A stretch of 64,000 nt of DNA. Origin: Lama guanicoe. Its lineage: Eukaryota. Positions 55,471-64,000 of the stretch are shown here, piece by piece. The notes beneath the pieces were generated by a model, which was not told the origin of the DNA, ran no database searches, and saw only the letters and a list, made by a program, of their open reading frames with translations. Numbering within the stretch: the first letter of the stretch is position 1; each line of letters begins with the position of its first letter. A program made the translations under genes and the position numbers. Location: NCBI GenBank assembly GCA_013239625.1, contig MU053629.1:4491567-4555566 (forward strand), in the 5' to 3' direction.

Positions 55471-56719
55471 GTGAGTGCTAATCTCAGTGTGCCAGTCCCA
55501 GCGAGGGGGGCGCAGGGATTTGTGGGGTAGTCAGCACCTTGATCATTGAATCTTACCTTGGTGGCCTGAGCTAGTGGCCATGCTGGCCTCATGTTGGGGC
55601 AGTTTTATTGCTTCAGCCACAAACATCGATTATTTGCATGGACAGAAGTCTGATAAATGTGCAGGTCCCTGGGGGAGTAGAGGTGAATCGGGTTGAACCC
55701 CTGCCCTCAAAGAGCTCACAGACTGGACTGGGACATAACACATAGAAGCAACTAATTGGGATACAAAATGCTGAATCTAGAAGAGAGTTTTTCTCAAGTG
55801 TTTAGTGGAATGCCCCTGGCCAGAATCCAGCCATGTTTCTACTGAGTTCCCTGAACTTGGTGACTAGTGGGAAAGGGAAACAGGGCAACTCTAATCAATC
55901 ATATTTCAGCAAACCTAAGATGTCATAGGTTTTAAGATATTGTATATACCACTAAGAAAGATTATCTGTGACATGCCACACATTGTACAAAACCCAGTTT
56001 CAGGGATGTTAAAATAGAAGGGGAAATGTGCATCTTAAGAGTCAAAAATATAGTCTGACTTTCATAATAAATATTCAGAATGTATTTCAGAGAAAATCAT
56101 GGTGTGTTACAGTTGAGTATAACCTTGGAGGTGGCCTTTTGAGCCCTCTGATCTTTTTTTTGTTTGCAGATGGTTACGGAGAAGCAGAGAGGTGAAATGG
56201 CTTTTCCAAAGCCATGTTGCTTTTGAGTGGAAGAGTCAGTACCAGAACTCAGATTTCCTTACTTCGTGTTTATCCCCACACACTGCCGCGCCATGTCTTA
56301 TCTTTTAGCGTTTACTTGAGACAGAGTGCATTGTGCCCATTTTTTGTACTGAATCACTGAGCTGTCAAAGGCAGAGCTGATGTGCCAAGGATTGCGTTGC
56401 AAGTACCAGAACTAGAGTGGTGCTTCCCTGCAGGATAAGGTGGACGTTTTGGGGAAGAGGAGGATCTGTGATGTGGTTGTTGATTGTGATAGGTTACTCA
56501 ATCAAAATTTGATCCTTGTACCTTCAATTTGAGTTCTGGATGTTACTGAGCAACCAGACCACACGCATTTTTGGGTGTCTGGGCCAGGAGTGCAGAGGCT
56601 GGAGTAAACCAGCAGCCTCCAATCTTGTACACATATGCCATCCTTCTCTTTGTATCCAGAGCTCTCCACACACTCACACGCACGAGGATCTCGCTTCATG
56701 GTGAGGCCGGAACTCCTTG

Positions 56720-57090
56720 GCATGGTCCTCTAGGCACATCTGGATTGGCTGGTGCCTGTCTGGCACCAGTTTCATCTCTCACTACACCCCCTTGAGCATC
56801 CTGTGCTCCAGGTACGTAGAATTAACCTTGAGTTCTCTCAGGTGCCCAGGCCATCTCCAATTGGCCTCTTTCTTCAGTTGGACAACTCCTATCTGTCCTT
56901 CAAAGCCCAGCTTCACTTTTCCTCTGGGTTGGTTTGGTTACACGCCCCTCTTCTCTGTTCCTGCAGCCAAGTACATGGGTTCTGTGCTAATTTTGTCTGC
57001 CTCGTCCACTAGATTGTTAACTTCTGGAGGAGGTGCACACCTCTGTTTCCTCTCTGTTTCTGATGCTTCATGGGACCCTAAAATATTTGT
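56720..57090 (+). mobile_element. Degenerate L2 fragment
   Basis: aactcctatctgtccttcaaagcccagctt...ccactagattgttaacttctggagg. Confidence 0.55.
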
Positions 57091-57129
57091 GTAAGGGGAG
57101 CTTTAAAGAGGTTATATGCCGTTACGGTT

Positions 57130-57610
57130 TTGTGGACAGCATGACAGGTTTTGAATCAAGAAAGCTGAGTTTTAATTGCAAGCCATCCCACTAAATAGGC
57201 AAATCGTTCTACCTCTCCGAGTCTCAGTTTCCTTACTTGTAAATTAGGGATAATGAGACCTGCATCAAAGACTTGTAAGGAGTAAGTGAGATTGTGTCCC
57301 TGATGAGAAGAGACATGAGCTTTCTTGCACTTTACTCATTTGAGGCAACAAAAGGCAGTATTTTAAGTGGAATGGTACAGTGATGAAAAACACAAACTCT
57401 GGAGCCAGGCGGACTGGGTTTAGATTGCAAGCCTTACCAGGCTCATCTGGGCAAGTGTCTTCTGTATTTCAGTTTCTTCATCTGTTAGAAGGAAAAAAAA
57501 GGGTTTAGGGAATAAAAATAGTGCCTACCTCATTGAGTTCTGGGAACTCCTGGAGTTGATACTCATAAAGCACTCGCAGCAGCCTCACGTGGTAAGTGCT
57601 CTGTTGTTAC
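57130..57610 (+). mobile_element. Two MIR SINE fragments
   Basis: ctctccgagtctcagtttccttacttgtaaattagggataat; actctggagccaggcggactgggttt...tcagtttcttcatctgt. Confidence 0.65.
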
Positions 57611-59227
57611 GCAGCAGAAGGGCCACGGCCTGGCCTTCTGCTTCTCGTGCAAGCTCTCTTGTACCTTGGCTCACGGATGACTGGCCTAAAAGTAAACTTT
57701 GCACAAGTGGTCGCACCGTCTAGAGCATTCGCACGTGCTTGCTCAGGTAAACCCAGGTGGGGCTTGCTATGTCTGGCAGGCCTGATGAAGGGCTCTTGAC
57801 AGCAGGTGCCATGCTGTCTGTCAAGTTCTTTGAACCATGAGCTCAAATCCTGGAAGACTCCTGCCGTCTCTTCTCCAGGTTTACCTGATCTTGTCATCAA
57901 GAAATTGGCAAAAAACCAACAGGTGCATCTCAGCATCTTTGGCTTGGAACCTTAAAATTTAAAGCCAGGTGAAACCCGGAATGTTCCCCTGCATCTGAGA
58001 TCACTCTCCTCACTCCAGTTTTCAAGTGAGGAAGCTTGAACCCCGGACGGGGAAAATGCCGAAGCCACACAGCTAGTTTGTGGTGGAACCAGACGCAGAA
58101 GCCAGAAGCAGTCTGTAGTCCCCGAGTTAACTGTAGCTGAGGTGTTGTGGACTTGGAGTCAGCAGTTGAGGGCTCAGATCACAGCTCCATCAAGTGGCTC
58201 GGACTCCCTGGGGCAGGGCCCTGGGTTTCTCCAGCCCTGTGTCCTTCATCTGAATGATGAGGGACTGGCTGTGGTGTGAAGGAGGCCTCGCTGGTCTTCA
58301 CGGGCAGAGGCGTTTGGGTTTTGCGTTTTTCAGCTTTCTGTGTTTCTCTTCTTCCTTGGTGACACAGCCCCCAGTCTGGGGAAGATTGTGCAGGAGATCT
58401 TGCTGCTTGAATCCTCTCTCCCAGCTCCCAGCCCAGATTTCCCCTCATCTGTGAAGTTTCTGTCTAAACCAGGACTGTGCTTTTGCTGCCTCCTGAGTTA
58501 CAAACTACTGTTCGCTCATTTATGTCTTTTGTCTGGCCCTTTTCTCATACTGTAAGTGCTCTGAATAGTTAGTCTTTTAGGTTTGTCTTTACCCTTGTTA
58601 CAGATTATAATCTTCCTAAAGTCAAGAATTTATGATCTTTATTCTCCTGGCACGTTGTAGCTGCTCATTTATGTTTTTGGCTTGCCATTTCTTTGATTTA
58701 CTGCAAGGAAGGAGAAGAAAAGGATCAAGAAAAGATCATCATCAAGAGACATAAACTCCCATTTTCTTTTGAAACCTTCTTTAGGGTAACGCAAAATGTT
58801 GAGAATAAGACAGGGTCGTTTTGAAATAAATCATCACTTAAAATACAGCTAGCAAATACACATAAAATTAAATGTGCCTGCTTAGAAAAGACCAGTAGAG
58901 AGTGGTTTTCAAACTTTTTAGCCCTTTGTCGTTATGATAGCCCCACTTTATTTGCTTTAACAGAACAAGATGGTCGGTAGTGTTCATGTGATTCTCATGA
59001 TTCTCTCAATCAGATTTACTTTTTCTTTCTCTTTTCCCTGACACTAGCTGTAAAGTAGGTGTGCCTCCTTGTTTATGTTGATGGGCAAAGGATGCTGTTG
59101 CAGCCCGGCAGGGTTTTCAGCTAGTTACTAGACATTTGCTGTTCGATGGGGTCTGCTATCCACAAGTAGGAAGGATCCTAAGTTAGTTGGCTAATACTGT
59201 AGGGTTCACATCTCAAGATTGGTTGTC

Positions 59228-59320
59228 TGGGACAACCAGCTCAGTGGTAGAGTGTGTGCTTAGCATGCATGTGGTCCTGGTTCAAGTCCCAGTACCCCCT
59301 TCAAAAAAAAAAATAAATAA
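59228..59320 (+). mobile_element. Short tRNA(Ala)-derived SINE or tRNA retrocopy (camelid Vic-1-like) with A tail and 13-bp TSD
   Basis: agctcagtggtagag (A box), tgcttagcatgca anticodon-arm-like, ggttcaagtcc (B box); TSD aagattggttgtc at 59215-59227 and 59321-59333. Confidence 0.85.
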
Positions 59321-59400
59321 AAGATTGGTTGTCGGAAAGTAAGCAGTGATAACTTAGACTTGGAGGATTGGGGAAGTAGAGGGTGCTCCCCCCCTTTTTT

Positions 59401-59505
59401 AAAAAAAATGGAACACTTCATGAATTTGCATGTTATCCTTGTGCAGGGGCCATGCTAATCTCTGTATCATTCCAATTTTAGTATATGTGCTGCTGAAGTG
59501 AGCAC
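59401..59505 (-). pseudogene. RNU6: U6 snRNA processed pseudogene (near full length)
   Basis: Reverse complement GTGCTCACTTCAGCAGCACATATACTAAAATTGGAATGATACAGAGATTAGCATGGCCCCTGCACAAGGATAACATGCAAATTCATGAAGTGTTCCATTTT; CpGs decayed, 3-nt deletion by ACAGAGA, TSD-like cccc(c/a)cctttttt flanks. Confidence 0.93.
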
Positions 59506-59669
59506 ACCCCACCTTTTTTTTAAACCAATACTGGCTAGTCCTCAGTACATGCTTTGGAATGATGAAGTAAGTGAACCAGAGACCATCCTTTACTCATTGT
59601 CAGGCGCTGAAACGTGTGAGTTTCATTGTGCAGTAAGATTTGTAATGTTCCAGTCATCAGTGACTAGTT

Positions 59670-59895
59670 TTATTTATTTAATAGACGTTAATACTTACCA
59701 TGCGTTAGACACTCTTGTAAACACTTTGCAAATATTAACTCCTTAGTCCTACAAGGTAGGAACAGTTATGATCTCATGTTACACAGAAGGAAACTGAGGC
59801 ACAGAGAGATTCAGCCACCCAGTGACTGAGTGGCAGAGCCACGGTCTAACGCCAGCATTCTGGCTCCTGTCCACACTCTTAGGCCTTACACTGGC
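59670..59895 (-). mobile_element. MIR SINE
   Basis: acagaaggaaactgaggcacagagagatt...gagtggcagagcc. Confidence 0.7.
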
Positions 59896-60744
59896 TGCCT
59901 ATGTTTTCCGTGCTCGCTCTGCAGTTTTCATTTACCTGTCATTCACACTTTTTGCCTACAAGTAGGTAGAAAGAATTTTTTTCAGCACTAAAATCTTTTA
60001 CAAACATTTCCTTAAAAGGTTGATGTTTCATTTGCTAATCCTAGAGCCAGAAGGAAAAAAAAAATCTCTTTTGGCTCTAATGAGTAAAGGTTGCCTAAGA
60101 TAGTTCCCTTTGATCAATTCTATATACACAGATTTATGTAAAAAAATAAAAAAGCACTGTAGAGACAAGGCTGTTATGCAAATTGCCACTGCAGCAAAAG
60201 CTTCTAAAAGGCCGCCTTTAGAAGGAAATTGCAGCCGCCACTCCTCTAAGTGCCCTGGTAAGGAGGGCTCTGGGCTCCCTGCTGAGAAATACTGCAGGCA
60301 GCTTTGTCCCCAGGCTGCCTGGCGACAGTTCTGGCGCAGCCCAGGAGGGACATAGTGGCAGAGCTCCGCCAGAGCATTGAGGCTTGCAGGCCACTTGGGT
60401 TGGACCGGACATTGGGGAGGGTCACTTTCTCCAGAACTATTTGTCAGCAGTGCTCTGTGCCTCTTTAATTAAGCTGTCCCTGCAGACTGTTTTTCAAGTG
60501 TTTTCAACTTTATAGGTTCATTTAAACATTGATACCAGATTGTATATGCACATAAACTCTTTTCTTGTAGGCTAGCTTAACTTTATTTCGGTGTCAGTAA
60601 ATATGTTTTTCAGTTGCTCAAAAGTAAAGGTTGATAAGAATTGTTTATATTAAATGTAATATTATTGATTTATATCCATGGAAAGTTGTCTTTTTGAAGT
60701 CTTCCCACTGTGAGTGCAAGGCCAGGTGTTGGTAGTTACGTATC

Positions 60745-60970
60745 AAGAAATTGGGAGTTCGAGATTTGCAGATACTGACTGGTATGTATAAAATAGATAA
60801 ACAAGATTATACTGTATAGCACAGGGAGCTATATTTGATATCTTATAGTAGCTTATGGTGAAAAAGAATATGAAAATGAATATATGTATATTCACGTATG
60901 ACTGAAGCAATGTGTTATACACCGGAAATTGACACATTGTAAACTAACTATTCTTCAATGAAAAAAAAGA
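60745..60970 (+). mobile_element. Short lineage-specific L1 3' end
   Basis: tgggagttcgagatttgcagatact...ctgtatagcacagggag...ttcttcaatgaaaaaaaa; same family as 9549-10763 and 28998-29270. Confidence 0.85.
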
Positions 60971-61541
60971 AGTAAGTTTGTTGAATGTTGCCAGTGTAGC
61001 TCATGTTTATTACATTACTTAATATTTTTTACATTACCTCTGTAAGCATTACTAGACCTGTACTGGAGGATAATCAATATGAGGCTCAGAGAGGTTGAGT
61101 AATTTGTTTCCAGTCACACAGTGTAGAGCTGAAATTTAAACCCAGGCCAGCTCCCCAGACCTCCTTTTCTACTAACAGTACCTTCTTCCTACAGCCTCCC
61201 ATAGAAGAAACCTATTTTTTTTTTGTAAATACACAACAGTGTATTTGTCTACACTGTTGAATCGAGAGTAAAACATTATGTTACTAATACAAAGTAGAAG
61301 GATTTTTTAAAGACCCCCCCCTCCCCGCTCCCGCCCCAAATAGAGATTTAAACTCCAGAATAGAGATTTAAACTCTGGACTTAGATTGCTGGGCTAAGTG
61401 TGATTATGAGCTAATGTTTTTATAGTTTATGCCAGCATTTCAAAAAATCTCTCCCAGGTTCTCATATTTCCTCTAGGATTTGCCACATGTTAGCAATAAA
61501 GAAGATGGCTAATTGTGTTTCTTTATTCTTTCTTTGTTTAG

Positions 61542-61590
61542 GATGTGATAGGCCAGGTTCTGCCTGAAGCAACAACCACAGCATTTGAAT
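61542..61590 (+). CDS. MAP2K5: MAP2K5 coding exon 2 (49 nt): DVIGQVLPEATTTAFE(Y)
   Basis: Strong pyrimidine tract + tttag acceptor, T/gtaagt donor; in frame with exon 1; gene continues beyond the window. Confidence 0.95.
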
Positions 61591-63029
61591 GTAAGTCTGG
61601 CTCGTACACTTTCTTGACTGTTTCTTTCTGCAGTAATTTTTCAAAGGGTTTATGGGTTGCACTACTTTAGAAACTGACAAAAACAGATTATTTATGGTCA
61701 TCATATGGTACATTTAAATATTCATAAATTTATGCAAGTTTAATGATGATACTGAACCGAGTAATATTTTCTTATTTAATCATATCTTGGGTGTGCGTAT
61801 TTCTATAATATAGCTTTAATTACCAACATGACCTTTATCTGCTCTTGCTCCTCGCTGTAATAATATTGTTGGGCAAAATGAAGCGTGTAAACTACCTGTA
61901 GGCCAATGATTATTGATTAAAAGATTTTAATCCTTTGCTGCTTTAAAACAGCAACAGAGTAGAGCTTTTAAGTGAACGTTGCCTGGAATAATTCTGTTTT
62001 AGTGGGACTTGGCACGGCTTTTCAATGATGACGGAAACACTTCAGGTCTTGAGCCTTCCCCACACCCCACCAGACCAACTGGCTTGGGGACTGGGGTAAG
62101 GACAGCGTGTACTAGAAAACCAGTCCAGGTTGGTCAGGGGCTCAGTGATGTTAAGTCAGTCAGTAGCACAGGGGTCTGGTGTTAAGGATAAAGTAAGTAT
62201 TTGTAACTGTGGTCCCCGTTTTTTTGTTTTTTTTTTCATGTGGGCCACTTTTCTATGAAGCAGAATGTACCATTTCTCCATATGATTGTATATTTTTTGT
62301 TCTAGTTTTTTAAGCAAATGGTTAAAGACAGAGTACAGAATCCTCTCTTTTATTTATGTTCTCTTAGAGGACAGTTTGGCAATCCTTAACAAAATATAAA
62401 ATGTTCAAAACCTTTGAGCACATCCACTTTTAGGAAACTGTCCAACAGAAATACTACTTACGCATGTGTTGAATGCCCCTCAGCCAAAGTTGTTCATTGG
62501 TGGAAGTATTTTTGATAGCAAAAATCAAGAGGTAAGCTAAATGCCTACGGTAGTGGGTTAATTATTTATCCATAGTCTGAAGCATTAAGCAGTGGCTAAA
62601 AAGAAAGAGGATTTTAAACATTGACATGGAAATACATTCATGATACATTACTGAATTAAACAAACTATATGTGGTACGATCCCATTTTGTAAAACGTTTA
62701 ATCCCGCCTCCTCCTTCCAGCTTCGTGTGTGTACTGAGAGACAGGGATCTGAAAAGTGCGCCCAGCAGTGCTTTCTGCTGGTTTCCCATGGAAAGTGACT
62801 TGGGGCTGGAATGGGGGAAAAGCTGGCTCAATGAGCACACTTGTTACTTTATGTATTTCTCTATTGCTGTTTCCCTATTTGCTGTTGAATATTCTTCAAC
62901 AATCATCTCCTGGTTTTAAAAGCTACTTGAGTAGAATTCTTACCATAATTAGTATTTTATTAGCCACACTGGACTCCATATACTATTGAAAAATAGGCTG
63001 TATATCTGGAATACAAGTGTTGCAAGCTT

Positions 63030-63715
63030 CTCAGACCCCTTGCGGTAACTCCTTGGGGGTGCCAGGGATTTCATGGACAGTCTGAGAGTTAACATTTGGA
63101 GCGCTTCCTGTTGGCAGATGCGGGGTTGAGAGAGTTCCGTGGGTGATCTTGTTTAATTTAACCTTCACAAGGCCCCCAGGAAGTCCTTGGAAGGACGGTT
63201 GCTAGCTCCGAGGAGAGGACATCTCTGCTAAGCCACTCGCTCGAGCCTCACGGCTAGTAAGGGGTAAAGAGGAAGTTCTCACGTGTAGGTTCTCAGCCGC
63301 AGTTGAGACTTGGTCTGAGAGTTGTCATAATTCTTGAAATTGTGTATTCTGATTGTTTTTAAGCATGGCCAAAAAAAAAAAAAAGAAAACAACTTGTACT
63401 TTGTACTTCCTGCTTTCTGGGTCCCTCACAGTGGCTCGATATGCCTGTGCTGTACTGGCTTCCAGAGCTGGGGTTCATGGGAATGATACCGATCATTTTA
63501 GCTATCATCTGTTGATGGCCAGGCGAGGTACTAGATGATTTAGGTGGACTGTTGCTAATCTTGGCAGCAACTCTGCGAGGTAGGGCAGGTATACCTGTGA
63601 AGAAACTGAAGCTCAGAAGATTGCTGAAGGTGGTCAGGTAGGAAGCATTGGAGCCCGTATCTAAACACAGCTCTGTCTGATGTCAAACTTGCACTCTCTA
63701 AAACCTAGCGTGTTG
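63030..63715 (-). mobile_element. Two degenerate MIR SINEs
   Basis: tttaatttaaccttcacaag...; gaagaaactgaagctcagaag...ctgtctgatgtcaaac. Confidence 0.5.
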
Positions 63716-64000
63716 AAAGCCTGTGACGTGTGTCAAGTGTAGTTTGCGGCTTACAGTTTATGGGTATGATGGAACAACTCTTGAATAAATAAAACTTTGT
63801 TTAAAGAAATATTTGTGGTAACTAACACTGAAAAGTATACTTGAACCTAACAGAAAAAATGTTTAAACTCCTAGGTTTAACTTCCTAGATCACTTTCCTT
63901 TTTTTCCCTTAGCAAGTGCTATACCATCTGCATCCAGACCAGTTTTAGGTGGAAAATTAAGATAAAAAATACAGAGAGACAAAATAATGATAGCTGTTTG

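Noticed and set aside
59228..59320. Functional tRNA-Ala gene
   Set aside because: Acceptor stem is degenerate; the A tail and TSD show retroposition.

Overview
Eutherian mammal genomic DNA. A tRNA-Ala-like short SINE and artiodactyl-type L1 3' ends, with no Bov-tA, PRE1 or Alu seen, suggest a camelid (inference). The window is syntenic with the human IQCH - C15orf61 - MAP2K5 locus, with all three genes on +. It holds the last four coding exons of IQCH (8360-23411), the complete two-exon C15orf61 CDS (37691-42544, 157 aa) and the first two coding exons of MAP2K5/MEK5 (55336-61590). C15orf61 and MAP2K5 each start in a CpG island. The rest is intronic or intergenic sequence rich in L1, L2, MIR, MLT1 and DNA-transposon relics, plus a U6 retropseudogene. 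Nearly all ORFs in the supplied track are spurious. The main observations are: (1) a ~375-bp-arm inverted repeat at about 95% identity, built from an ancient L2 plus unique DNA around an old L1MC-type spacer, 2-4 kb upstream of the MAP2K5 promoter; (2) an A12 homopolymer that shifts the IQCH C-terminus out of the expected frame; (3) an apparently decayed orthologue of a human alternative MAP2K5 first exon; (4) uORF and start-stop elements ahead of MAP2K5. No novel protein-coding system is evident. Gene and repeat names come from recalled sequence knowledge, not database searches.
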